Notes: generated by a model from the sequence alone, not told the origin. Shown: positions 50,770 through 60,574, counted from the stretch's first letter. The stretch: 64,000 bases of DNA from Nostoc sp. DedSLP01 (GCA_034530875.2 JAVRCJ020000001.1:1-64000), one strand, 5' to 3'. Translations and numbers: made by a program.

Positions 50770-51405
50770 ATGAAACTTCAGACATCACTTGTTGCAACTA
50801 TTTTCTCTTTAGCATCAATTGCTATCTCCTTGCCAGTGAAAGCGGATACCGTTAACGCTCGCTGCGATGTTTATCCCAAAGGGGAAGATCGGGCTACGTC
50901 TTCCACTCCCTGTACCTTTTCCCAACGGCAGGGTGCAATTGGTATCGAATTGCAAAATGGCAAACGCTATGACTTACGTCCCGTCGGTAATAAACCCGGC
51001 AACTATCAAGATCGAGATGGTCGTCCTGCCTATCGACAGTCCGGACTGGGTGACAGGGGGCAAATTTATCGCCTCGCCAATGAGTCGATTTATGTCTACT
51101 GGGATACTGCTCCGTTTCGACAAAATTCAGGTCGTACAAATCATCGCAGGTCTTCTACTTCTAGTTCCCATCCTGATGCTGGTACATCTGTCTCTGGCTT
51201 GAGTGATTTGGTGGGTGCTAGAGCAGGACAGGCAGAAAACTCGGTGAAAGAACGGGGCTATCGGTTCTTCAAGAGTTCTCCTTCAGCTGATGCCGTCTAT
51301 AGCTATTGGCGTGAAGCCAATACCAACTACTGTGTGACGATCCGAACAGAGCAAGGACGTTACCAGTCGATCGCTTATGCAACTCCTCTTGATTGTAATA
51401 AGTAG
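50770..51405 (+). CDS. Secreted hypothetical protein with two small Cys-containing domains
   Basis: Signal peptide ...PVKA; CTFSQRQG; second domain SDLVGARAGQAE...YSYWRE..CV. Confidence 0.8.
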   Translation: MKLQTSLVATIFSLASIAISLPVKADTVNARCDVYPKGEDRATSSTPCTFSQRQGAIGIELQNGKRYDLRPVGNKPGNYQDRDGRPAYRQSGLGDRGQIYRLANESIYVYWDTAPFRQNSGRTNHRRSSTSSSHPDAGTSVSGLSDLVGARAGQAENSVKERGYRFFKSSPSADAVYSYWREANTNYCVTIRTEQGRYQSIAYATPLDCNK

Positions 51406-51416
51406 CTTCTATAGCT

Positions 51417-51522
51417 CAATACACTTGGGTTAAGGAATTTGTCTGTTAAGGCAGGGGGGCAGAGGGAGCAGAGGGGGCAGAGGAGGCAGGGGGGGAGAAG
51501 AAAGCTTAACTGAAGGTTATTG
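51417..51522. mobile_element. MITE with TIR caatacacttgggttaag / cttaactgaaggttattg
   Basis: Imperfect TIRs around ggggcaga STRR units. Confidence 0.6.
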
Positions 51523-51524
51523 TG

Positions 51525-51637
51525 CTATGGGACTCATATTTGATTTTTGCGAAGCTAGGTATACCTTTATTCCTTCTTCCCAGTCCCCAGTCCCCAGTCT
51601 CTACTAGTAATTCTCCGAATCAAATCGGATTGGTACA
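51525..51637. mobile_element. MITE, same family as 21941-22068
   Basis: ctatgggactcatatttgattt...ccagtccc repeats...aatcaaatcggattggta. Confidence 0.7.
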
Positions 51638-51641
51638 TAAT

Positions 51642-53132
51642 TCACAACAATTCAAAATATTCTCTTTGCTCCCAGCTAGTTACTTGCTTTAAATACTCTT
51701 CTGGTGGTATCTCGCCAACTGACTGCAAAAAGCGATTAATTTCGCTCTCTTTCATCTTGACAATAAAGTTTATGAACTGCTGCCCCAGTTTTTGAGTAAA
51801 AAGTTCGCTTTCGCTCAAATATGAAATTGCCTCTGGCAAACTTTTGGGCAAGGTGGGATTTTCTGTATTGTAAGGTTCCTCTGTTGGCGAACCAGGATCG
51901 AGTTTATTATCTACACCATCTAAACCAGAAATTAATTGCGATGCCATGTAGAGATAGGGATTGGCTGCTGGTTCTCCAATTCGGTTTTCGATGTGGGTAG
52001 TGGGGTCATCAAAACCGCCTTGCAATCTAATCATTGCGCCGCGGTTTTCTAATCCCCAGCCTGCACGGTCGGGGGCTAGGGAATAAGGTCTAAATCTTTT
52101 GTAGCCGTTAATTGTCGGGGCTGCGAACACAGAAGCAGCATTGGCATGTTTGAGAAGGCCGCCAATAAAGTGTTTGCCTAAATCCGACATCAAGGTTTGG
52201 GAGTTTGCAGACATGAAAGCGTTTTCGCCTGTGGTTTTGTCTACAAGGGATTGGTGCAAATGCCAACCATTAGAAGAACATCCTTGCAGTCCTGGGCGAC
52301 ACATAAATGATGCAATGTAACCTTGTTGACGGCAGATTTGCTTGGTTGCCATGCGGAATATCATCATTGTATCCGCAGCTTGCAATGCCGGAATTGGCTC
52401 GAAGGTAAATTCAAATTGACCGGCGCCGCCTTCGCTTTCTACACTCCTTAAAGGCAATTCCATTTCAACTAAGTTTTCTGCTAGGAGACGCAGTAAATCA
52501 TGAATCTCTGGATTGGGAGATTCTAAAAGGTATTGGTAATTATGCTCTACGGCGCTGACTTTGGCAGGTTCGCTGGGTTTACCAGAAGTACCAACATTAG
52601 CGATCGCTAACATCGGATCTTCTAATTTTGCCAGATACCACTCGACTTCTAAGCCGACAATATGCTCTAACCCTCTTTGATGTAACTCTCGCAATGCTTG
52701 GCGCAAAATCCCGCGACTGGAAAACGGCATTGGCTGACCATTTTGAAAGTACTCATCGCAGAGAATAAACCCAGTGCGTTTTGCCCAAGGCACAATTTTA
52801 AAGGTATGAGGATCGGGAATAGCGACGAGATTTGGCGCACCTGTCATCAAAGGCATGTCTAAGCTACCGCCGGGAACGAAAGGATTAAATACGATCGCCC
52901 CACCAGTATCAAACAAAAATGTCCCCGTGCTGATTTGCATACCGTTTTCCAAGGCGCCCAAAAACGCTTGCGGTAACAGCGACTTACTGCGAAGAATGCC
53001 ATGCTGGTCTGTCCAAGCAGTACGAATCAATAATAGATCCTGCTCTTTAATAACAGCCTTAATCTTTTGTGCTGCTTCTTTTTGGATGTCTGTCCACAGA
53101 TGATGGCGATCGATAAATCCGGGTCTTTTCAT
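51642..53132 (-). CDS. Glutamine-synthetase-like gamma-glutamyl ligase (TdnQ/AtdA1-like)
   Basis: DQHGILRSK, GLEVEWY, SEGGAGQFE, FMCRP..SSNGWHLHQSL, WGLENRGAMIR and ENRIGEPAANPY motifs. Confidence 0.88.
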   Translation of the reverse strand: MKRPGFIDRHHLWTDIQKEAAQKIKAVIKEQDLLLIRTAWTDQHGILRSKSLLPQAFLGALENGMQISTGTFLFDTGGAIVFNPFVPGGSLDMPLMTGAPNLVAIPDPHTFKIVPWAKRTGFILCDEYFQNGQPMPFSSRGILRQALRELHQRGLEHIVGLEVEWYLAKLEDPMLAIANVGTSGKPSEPAKVSAVEHNYQYLLESPNPEIHDLLRLLAENLVEMELPLRSVESEGGAGQFEFTFEPIPALQAADTMMIFRMATKQICRQQGYIASFMCRPGLQGCSSNGWHLHQSLVDKTTGENAFMSANSQTLMSDLGKHFIGGLLKHANAASVFAAPTINGYKRFRPYSLAPDRAGWGLENRGAMIRLQGGFDDPTTHIENRIGEPAANPYLYMASQLISGLDGVDNKLDPGSPTEEPYNTENPTLPKSLPEAISYLSESELFTQKLGQQFINFIVKMKESEINRFLQSVGEIPPEEYLKQVTSWEQREYFELL

Positions 53133-53141
53133 TTGGCTTAC

Positions 53142-54479
53142 CTAATCACGTTCAAGAGATTGTGCGCTTAGTTTCAAATCAGCTTTCATCAGGCGTTTCC
53201 ATTCTTGGTGATAACCGCGAATTGCTAACTCATCTGTTACAGGCCCGCTGATGACACCATCTTCATCTACCTGATGGCGATCGCTAATCCCAAACCCGCG
53301 ATTCGTTGCCACCCACTCGATTTCTGGAATACTTAACCCCCGATGACATTCGGCAAAATTCATCATATCGTCAGGAATCCCAAAACTGGGAAAATCTTCT
53401 TGGCTTCTCATCCGCAAAACGTTAACTTCATCGGGTACGCCAGAGATGGTAGTCGCATAGATTGTTAATTGAGTGCGATCGACAGCTAGCGGTTCAATTA
53501 CTTCAATTTGATTGCCAAAAATCAGCAGATTAGGGAAAATACTTAAATTCATCTGCGAACCAATAGATAAATCTAACCAGTAAGGCGCGCGATCGCCCCA
53601 TTGTTCTCTAATCTTTGCTTCATAAGCTTCCCGTCCCGGCTGCGGTCGTTGTTGTTGCCAGAAAGCGCCGTCTCGTTTTTCGTAACTGGGGCGCTGGTCG
53701 AGGAACGTATGCCCATGACCGAGGTACTGTACGTACATCGGCCCCTCATCAGGATTGTGGGCAAAATATTGCATATCTTTGTCAGGTTCTAAACGATTGG
53801 CCACAGCCAGCAGAGAACGGTGTGAAAAGGCGACATGATAACCATCAGCGGCATTATCGTAGGTAAATTTCCAGTTACCTTGATAAATCATTTTATGGGC
53901 GCTGCTTCCGACGGTAATTTGAGCATTAGGAAAACGGTCAATCCACTGGTCTAATAAATCCTTGGCTCGTCCGAGATAAGTTATTAAATCTGGTGCTTCA
54001 TAATTCAAAGTCCCAAAGATAAAACCGCGATAGCTTTCTACTCTGGGAACTTGTCCCAAGTCGAATTCTGGGCGCTGCAAGTTAGCAGCGTAAGCCTTTG
54101 CCCAAGGAACTCCTGTGAGTTTGCCCGTGTTGCTATAAGTCCAGCCATGATAAGGACAGGTAAAAGTTTTGGCACAACCACGAGGTTCGCGGCAAACCGT
54201 TGCACCTCTATGGGTGCAGCGATTGAATAAGGCGCGAATTTTATTTTGGCGATCGCGCACGATAATAATTGGACGATGCCCTAAATTAGATGTCTTAAAA
54301 TCGTTGGGGTTGGGTATTTCGCTTTCATGAGCCAGGTAAACCCACGTTCCCCCAAAAATCCGAATCATTTCTTCTTGGAAAATTCTCGCATCCGTATAAA
54401 CACAACGGTGGACTCGTTCTGGTTGAATTAGATAATCCCAATCATAGTCTTGCCTAATTTCGCCGTTTCTATGCAGCAT
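53142..54479 (-). CDS. Aromatic ring-hydroxylating oxygenase alpha subunit
   Basis: WVYLAHESE, NRCTHRG...CPYHGW Rieske motif, NWK..DN..DGYH..SH mononuclear Fe motif, IFPN. Confidence 0.93.
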   Translation of the reverse strand: MLHRNGEIRQDYDWDYLIQPERVHRCVYTDARIFQEEMIRIFGGTWVYLAHESEIPNPNDFKTSNLGHRPIIIVRDRQNKIRALFNRCTHRGATVCREPRGCAKTFTCPYHGWTYSNTGKLTGVPWAKAYAANLQRPEFDLGQVPRVESYRGFIFGTLNYEAPDLITYLGRAKDLLDQWIDRFPNAQITVGSSAHKMIYQGNWKFTYDNAADGYHVAFSHRSLLAVANRLEPDKDMQYFAHNPDEGPMYVQYLGHGHTFLDQRPSYEKRDGAFWQQQRPQPGREAYEAKIREQWGDRAPYWLDLSIGSQMNLSIFPNLLIFGNQIEVIEPLAVDRTQLTIYATTISGVPDEVNVLRMRSQEDFPSFGIPDDMMNFAECHRGLSIPEIEWVATNRGFGISDRHQVDEDGVISGPVTDELAIRGYHQEWKRLMKADLKLSAQSLERD

Positions 54480-54659
54480 GGTTAGCTTTTCTCAAAATAA
54501 ATTTGATGAATAATTGATGTAATATTGCTAACTTTAAGCTAATACCTGTCTCAATTACACATTTTTTCCCCATTTCTAACTTCACCGAATATATTTCTTG
54601 AGAGACTACAGCCTTAACGGTGAATCGGGTGAAAAGAGAGTAATTTTGTCAAAGTCTCA

Positions 54660-55256
54660 CTATAGTAAGAAACTGAGATTTTGATGACCTCGATCTGCAT
54701 CAATTAAATTCACTTGCTTGAGAGCTATTTTCCATTTGCCATCCTGCTGCTGCAACCTATGTCCGTACCAACCGGCATAGGTTTGCATCCGTCCTTGGCG
54801 AAATTCATGAATGAGGAAGTTAGAACGAATGTTAACTTCTTCTTCCTTGGCACTAGAAAATATTTCAATGTTACTGATGATTCGGCTAGTACGCGATCGC
54901 GGTGTTTGAGCATAAGCAAAACCACACTGCAACCAAAATACTTTATCTTCCAAGCGTCTGCGATCATCGAAAGCGATGGATACTTGTTTTCTTGGATCTT
55001 TGCCATCTAGGTTACTAGGAATCCAATAAAGACATTTACTAGTAAATAATGCCAACCAATCATCAAATTTTCCATCATCGAGTAAGCGTGCTTCCTGAAA
55101 CAGCAATGCTTGGCACTCTCGCTCAATGGCTGTAGCGACTGGCTTTCCAAGATTCTCCCACTCTGGAAGTCGATTAATTAATTCACTATAAAATTGTTCG
55201 TCGATGTAATAGGAATATCGCGAACTTTCGGTGTTTTCTTCTTTATTAACTGACAC
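54660..55256 (-). CDS. Aromatic ring-hydroxylating oxygenase beta subunit
   Basis: LFQEARLLDD..FDDWL.LF, YWIP, P.SRTSRIISN and WKI..K.VNL motifs. Confidence 0.92.
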   Translation of the reverse strand: MSVNKEENTESSRYSYYIDEQFYSELINRLPEWENLGKPVATAIERECQALLFQEARLLDDGKFDDWLALFTSKCLYWIPSNLDGKDPRKQVSIAFDDRRRLEDKVFWLQCGFAYAQTPRSRTSRIISNIEIFSSAKEEEVNIRSNFLIHEFRQGRMQTYAGWYGHRLQQQDGKWKIALKQVNLIDADRGHQNLSFLL

Positions 55257-55350
55257 AATTTACTTCTTTAAGTTCTGCGGTTTGATTTGCATTTGCAAGA
55301 CCAATTCTTGAGCTTGCACCAATAATCATTAGACCTGCCTTAAAAATAGG
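55246..55350 (-). pseudogene. Possible short-chain dehydrogenase remnant
   Basis: MIIGASSRIGLA resembles the SDR TGASSGIG cofactor loop; the frame ends after a few codons and overlaps the beta-subunit start. Confidence 0.35.
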
Positions 55351-55460
55351 GACTGGGGAAGAGATATTTTTATTGTTCCTTGTGAGTTCCACTAATGGAG
55401 TCTCTTGCAAAACTCTTTTTGCAACAGAGGGCAAAGGGAAAGAATTTTTTCTTATCTCTT

Positions 55461-55697
55461 CCAGGATATTAGATGGCGGACAAGTCTAAGGAAAAAATGC
55501 GCTCTTAGCTGGCACAACTGGCTCAATTAGCTGGAATTAAGCAAGCCAAAGAACTCAGTGCTGCATTATTGATGTTGGTTGATGGAGTGTTTGCACAGCG
55601 CAGATTGTTCAACACGCATAACAATGGAGTCAGGTTAGCAAAAGCCGCAGCAATGATGATTGAGGCGTATTTGACCAAGCTAGATGAAGCTGATTAA
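55461..55697 (+). pseudogene. TetR/AcrR-family regulator C-terminal remnant with two in-frame stops
   Basis: PGY*MADKSKEKMRS*LAQLAQLAGIKQAKELSAALLMLVDGVFAQRRLF...AKAAAMMIEAYL; TAG at 55470 and 55506; no HTH upstream. Confidence 0.65.
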
Positions 55698-56045
55698 TTT
55701 ATTCTTTGGAAGTCCTTGTGTAAAAATCGATAACAGCAGAGAATCCTGGGTCAGCGGCGCAAAACCCAGGCGAGACAATTATATATTTGAGTATTTGGTG
55801 AGTAGTTGCTTGATTTATGATAATATATTGCCTATTCTCCTTCTAATTGAGTTAAAAAGTTACAGCAGAGAATTTGCATTTCCCTGGTGCAGCGTTCTCT
55901 GCTTATATTACTGTTTTAATTTAGCGATAAATCGGGGAAAAATAGGGGAGAAAATTTAAATTTGAGAAAAAACTGCTCTAAGTCAGTCGCCGAGAAAAAT
56001 TCAATTGGATAAAATACGCCGATTGGTAACGATTTTACAGCTGTG

Positions 56046-56237
56046 CATTGGTGTCAATTTAACATGAAAGTCTGATGAAAACGTGATGAGCGAGTTCTAC
56101 CCACTTACCATCAAGATCCCCATCACCCCACCCCAGTTTTGCTGACGCAAAACCTCCCCTCCCCTTAGCAAGGGGAGGGGTTGGGGGTGGGGTAAAACGC
56201 CTATGGGATAAGCGTTTGAGTTTAAGTTGACCCAATG
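56046..56237. mobile_element. Complete MITE with TIRs, inserted into a GTAG hairpin
   Basis: TIRs cattggtgtcaatttaa / ttaagttgacccaatg; acagctgt on both flanks; homologous to 5043-5170. Confidence 0.8.
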
Positions 56238-56329
56238 ACAGCTGTAAAGCCCCTACTGGGGATTATCGTTTAAATAGATGAAAAACGCTCTAAAAAATGC
56301 GATAGGTAAATAAGCATAAATCTTTGCGA

Positions 56330-56447
56330 TAAGTGAGTCGATGTGAAAAAATCAAACTATCTTAAGAAAGATTAATCAAGGTAAAATTTTCTCCCCTATT
56401 GCCTACTGCCTTATCCTGACAATAAATATTCACGACGACCTACTTAT
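56330..56447. mobile_element. MITE with TIR taagtgagtcgatgtgaa / ttcacgacgacctactta
   Basis: Imperfect inverted ends; internal ctattgcctactgcc STRR. Confidence 0.6.
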
Positions 56448-56692
56448 ATAGTTTGATTAATAGCCAAGTACTACAACAAAATGAAAATTACCAATTAATT
56501 AGATATAAGTTTAATTTCATGGAAAGATGCATTTGCTGAGTTTAAACTGAATATTTTACATCAGTAAATTAAAAATTATAGTTTATTAATCTAGAGGTAG
56601 ACCAAGTTTATCTCTAGAGGTCGATGAAAATCAGCTTTTTATATGTAGCAATAATAGTGTAAATGTATCTAGCAGTAATTTTTAATCAAGCT

Positions 56693-57133
56693 ATGGAAAC
56701 CCAAGTACAACAACTAGAATACGCTAATCCTAGCTCCCTAGATAATGTGGCAATAATTCAAGATTCTGAGCCAGGACAATTATCAACGATATCACCTCAA
56801 AAGAATTTCACTAATCCCTTGCCAAAAATCAAACAAAAATTTTCTGATTTTTCCGAAAGGTTACCGCGATATATAATTGATTTCTACAATGAGTACCCAT
56901 TCCCGATTATTAGCTTTACTTTACTTGTTGTCACAGTAAATTTGCTTAAGATATTACTGGCAGTCACAGATGCAATCAATGATATTCCATTCGCTTCTCC
57001 AATTTTTGAATTAATTGGATTAGGTTACGTCAGTTGGTTGGTTTTTCGCTATTTTTTCAAATCTGAGACTCGCGAAGAAGTAGCTAATGAAATTGACTCG
57101 CTTAAAAATCAAGTTACTGAAGAAAAAGCCTGA
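56693..57133 (+). CDS. CAAD / CURT1-like domain protein
   Basis: LLAVTDAINDIPF.SPIFELIGLGY..W.V.RY....E.R motif. Confidence 0.85.
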   Translation: METQVQQLEYANPSSLDNVAIIQDSEPGQLSTISPQKNFTNPLPKIKQKFSDFSERLPRYIIDFYNEYPFPIISFTLLVVTVNLLKILLAVTDAINDIPFASPIFELIGLGYVSWLVFRYFFKSETREEVANEIDSLKNQVTEEKA

Positions 57134-57267
57134 GGTTAAATTTATACTTGCTAACCCTGATGTTTAGTGAGAATTTAACTAGCGATCGCAACCTAATTCA
57201 TGTCGGCGATCGCATTAATTTTATGACGAGATTTTGCCATCAGCACTCCATCTCTAGCAGCCGCTTC

Positions 57268-57660
57268 CTAAAGCCCATCATAAATTTTTTTGGGAGCAAG
57301 ACCTAAGTAGTAGCGCAAAAATTCAATAAAATTATGCGGTATCGGTCTAGGATAATCAGAAAATTCGCCGCTAACAATAATAAACCCAATAATAAACGCG
57401 ATTATCATCCCTAATATTCCCATCGCTATTGATGCACGTTTTTTCATCCTGACACGCTGCGCTAACTTGAACATGATGTATCCGCTAGCGGTAAATAAAA
57501 CCAGCATTATAGGCGCTACAAAAAAAATTAAACTCAACAAATTAGCTGAGGCATTGATTCCAATATCATAGTAATTCCAGTAAGCAGAAATTAGATGAAT
57601 AAAGAAAAGTGTTGTGGGAAGAGAAATAATGCCATAAAAGCATATATTCATAAATATCAT
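57268..57660 (-). CDS. Hypothetical membrane protein (3 TM)
   Basis: Hydrophobic ORF; ATG at 57660 preceded by aagg. Confidence 0.65.
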   Translation of the reverse strand: MIFMNICFYGIISLPTTLFFIHLISAYWNYYDIGINASANLLSLIFFVAPIMLVLFTASGYIMFKLAQRVRMKKRASIAMGILGMIIAFIIGFIIVSGEFSDYPRPIPHNFIEFLRYYLGLAPKKIYDGL

Positions 57661-58055
57661 CCTTGATTTTGAAAGCAATTATTTATTATTCCCAAACATG
57701 GTTTTGGATTAATGCGATCGCCTTTATTTCTTCAATTCTTAGGCATTTACTAGGAATAAAAACAATAACCCAAGGGCAGAAGCTTTTATCCATTCTAGGA
57801 AAGCTAACTTTTCCTACTGCTTCAGCCTATTGCAGGCATATTCAAACTCTGTCTTGGCATCGAAATCTAAACATACCTTAGGAGAGAGGGATGTTTGTAA
57901 TTAGGAAAACACTATTAGAAATAGCGTAGTTTTTCAGACATTCGATGTTATTCAGCCCAAAAATTAATTTGTGCGACAACCTAACTAAAAATTTCGGCTC
58001 GATCTACCTAGTGAAAACCTACGCTGGTTTATCCATACTGCATTAGGGAATAATT

Positions 58056-58721
58056 ATGCTCAAACGGACTTTAGTAACTATTGTTCTGCTGATAGTCGGA
58101 TTCTTTATTTCACTAGGGTATTCTGCATTACAGCCGAGCAGTAACATAGTCAATGCTCAAGTAAATCGAACTGCACCAAGGCAAAATAACCAAGTTAACG
58201 AAATCGATAGGCAGTTCGTTTTAGATGCAGGACAAGCAAGCGTAGGTAATATTGCTTTGGGGCAATTGGCGTTGCAACGTGCAACTAATCCTCAAGTCAA
58301 ACAATTTGCCACAGCAGAGATTGAAGAACAAACACAAGTGAGAGTTGATTTGTCACGCATTGCCCCGCAGCTAGGTGTAACTCCTTCGACAACTCCCGCA
58401 CCAAAACACCAGGCTGCATTAGCACGACTATCTCAGCTAAAAGATAATACTTTTGACCAAGCGTATATGGACGAGGGTGGCGTTAATGCTCATTTGGAGA
58501 ATGCCGCTATTTTCCAACGCGAAGCAGCATTTGGGCAAAATCCCAATCTCGTGGCGGTGGCAAACCGAGGATTGCCAATTATTAACAGGCACTTCAACAC
58601 TGCTAGCAGCATCACCAATTACCGATTTGCTCAGGTTGCACGCAGATACAAAGATTTAGCTAATAATTCAGATGCATCAGCACCTCAACCACAAACTAGA
58701 CCTGGAACATCTGCTAATTAG
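58056..58721 (+). CDS. DUF4142 domain secreted protein
   Basis: Signal peptide; DRQFV..A, LGQLALQRA.NPQVKQFA, FDQAYM and LP.I..H motifs. Confidence 0.85.
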   Translation: MLKRTLVTIVLLIVGFFISLGYSALQPSSNIVNAQVNRTAPRQNNQVNEIDRQFVLDAGQASVGNIALGQLALQRATNPQVKQFATAEIEEQTQVRVDLSRIAPQLGVTPSTTPAPKHQAALARLSQLKDNTFDQAYMDEGGVNAHLENAAIFQREAAFGQNPNLVAVANRGLPIINRHFNTASSITNYRFAQVARRYKDLANNSDASAPQPQTRPGTSAN

Positions 58722-58724
58722 AAA

Positions 58725-58804
58725 TAGAGACGTTGCATTGCAACGTCTCTACAAAGATTTTGATATAATACACAATCGTTTCCATCCGTGAAATCAGCAA
58801 CGCC
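58725..58804. repeat. Second copy of the GTAG-hairpin MITE-like repeat
   Basis: tagagacgttgcattgcaacgtctctacaaagattttgatat...gaaatcagcaacgcc; matches 4969-5042. Confidence 0.8.
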
Positions 58805-58835
58805 GCAGTTTGCTGTATTTCTCTAGACTGCAAAG

Positions 58836-58960
58836 ATTATCGAAACAATCGGGTCTAAAACCGTACTTCGTCCAAAGTTTTTGAAACGGGGTATAAATCC
58901 TCGTTACAAAAACGGCCTCCTGCCCCCTGCCTCCTGCCTCCTGTCCCCTGCCTTCGTTAA
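58836..58960. repeat. Dispersed repeat plus ctgcctc STRR; partner at 21491-21592
   Basis: 37-bp identical core and shared ctgccttcgttaa end. Confidence 0.75.
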
Positions 58961-58981
58961 ATGTTACAAAATTGAAAAACT

Positions 58982-60064
58982 ATGAGCTTTAAATTTCAAG
59001 CTTTGCAACTTCCCACTTTGCAAAAAAGCTCGGAAGGGCTGGCTGTAAGTGCTTGGCAACAATTTCTTTTAGATAATGACTTTCCTGTTGCTAATATTGA
59101 TGGAGATTTTGGCAATATTACCTATCAGGCGACTCGTCAATATCAAATTAAGAACGCTTTGACGGTAACAGGAATTGTCGATACTGCAACTTATAAAAAA
59201 GCCCTAGAGCAAGGTTTCGCAATTGATTTTGCAATTTATACTGATGCAGCTAAAAAATTATTAGCTTATTTGAATTTTGGAGATGAGCAAGTTAAAGACT
59301 TACAACAAAGCCTGAGTGCGATCGCTACGTTAAATCCACCTTTGGTAGTTGATGGCGATTTTGGCTCAAATAGCCAAAAAGGATTAGCTGAAGCATACAA
59401 AAAAAGAGACATTAATTTCCGACCCGAGTTAGCACAAAAACTTTCTCAAGCAACAAAAACCAAACTTGGCAGTGATTTTGATTTAGCTTTAGAAAATATT
59501 ACCGAATACGCTAAAAGATTAAGAGAACGACTGAGTGGCAAGCACTGGATTAATGCTTTTCCAGAAAGCGACTCAATTGATGATTTAGCTTCTCCTTTTC
59601 GCCAAAAAGTACAAGCTTTTGAACGAGCGTTAACAAATGCTGGAGCTACTATCAATATAGCTTCGGTATTGCGCCCTCCAGAGCGAGCTTATTTGATGCA
59701 CTATGCTTTTAGAATTAGCACAAATGAAATTGCAGCTAAAGATGTTCCGCCTCTACCCAATGTAAACATTAATTGGGTGCATTATACGAATGCTGGTTCT
59801 GTACAAGCTGCTCAACAAATGGTGTCTGCTTATAATATTGCTTTTCGTCCTGTGTTGGTTTCTCGCCATACCCAAGGATTAGCTATTGATTGGGAAATCT
59901 CTTGGTCGGGAACCTTAAATATCAAAAAGGCTAATGGAACTATGGTCAGTATTAAAGAGCCACTAACTAGCTATGAAAACCCAAATTTATGGGAAGTAGG
60001 TCGTTCTTACGGCGTCATCAAATTATCTAGCGATCGCCCCCACTGGTCTAATGATGGGCATTAG
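58982..60064 (+). CDS. Peptidoglycan-binding protein with C-terminal M15-like Zn peptidase
   Basis: Two DGDFG peptidoglycan-binding repeats; R...SRHTQGLAID...DRPHWS. Confidence 0.8.
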   Translation: MSFKFQALQLPTLQKSSEGLAVSAWQQFLLDNDFPVANIDGDFGNITYQATRQYQIKNALTVTGIVDTATYKKALEQGFAIDFAIYTDAAKKLLAYLNFGDEQVKDLQQSLSAIATLNPPLVVDGDFGSNSQKGLAEAYKKRDINFRPELAQKLSQATKTKLGSDFDLALENITEYAKRLRERLSGKHWINAFPESDSIDDLASPFRQKVQAFERALTNAGATINIASVLRPPERAYLMHYAFRISTNEIAAKDVPPLPNVNINWVHYTNAGSVQAAQQMVSAYNIAFRPVLVSRHTQGLAIDWEISWSGTLNIKKANGTMVSIKEPLTSYENPNLWEVGRSYGVIKLSSDRPHWSNDGH

Positions 60065-60084
60065 TACAATCGATAAAATTATAT

Positions 60085-60372
60085 TTAACAATATTTTGTC
60101 GCGTCTTCACCACAGACATCGACTAAATACAACAAACACTTAAAACGCAGACCAACTACTTGTTCGTAAAGAGGATTGAGTTTGCACAAAGGTGGAATGC
60201 GAAAAAGCGTGCGACCTTTAATTTTGACAATTCTTTCAAAAGGACAATTAGAAGGGATAATTTTGCATAAGAGTTTAGCCAAATTATAATCGCGTATTTC
60301 TATAGCCTCAAGCTGATATCGGATATGGTTTAATAAACTGTTATTCCCACTGGTTGTATTTAATAAGTTCAT
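60085..60372 (-). CDS. Mo-dependent nitrogenase C-terminal domain family protein (small cyanobacterial family, not a nitrogenase subunit)
   Basis: CKIIPSNCPFER, IPPLCKLNPLYEQ..LRF and CGED...YC motifs. Confidence 0.88.
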   Translation of the reverse strand: MNLLNTTSGNNSLLNHIRYQLEAIEIRDYNLAKLLCKIIPSNCPFERIVKIKGRTLFRIPPLCKLNPLYEQVVGLRFKCLLYLVDVCGEDATKYC

Positions 60373-60574
60373 AACTTAAATTTCCTACATCAATCTTTGC
60401 TCCTTTAAAAATACAACTATATTCTGAGAAAAACATAGTATAACTACCAAACTATTTTTCCAATTTTAGAAAATCAATTTAAATATCAGTAATCTTGCTG
60501 AAAACAGTAAAAGTACTGAACTTTTACTCAAAAATCTAGGGGGAAGATATAGAGCAATACCCTTGGCCGAACAG

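Noticed and set aside
51642..53132. Housekeeping glnA
   Set aside because: Divergent from GSI sequences and translationally close to an aromatic oxygenase; more like a gamma-glutamyl-amide ligase
54480..54659. Possible small gene (ferredoxin) between the oxygenase beta and alpha subunits
   Set aside because: No ORF with Fe-S motifs in the minus-strand frames I read
60085..60372. Evidence of a nif cluster (with fdxB)
   Set aside because: This small domain family is not a nitrogenase subunit, and no nifHDK/ENB genes are in the window
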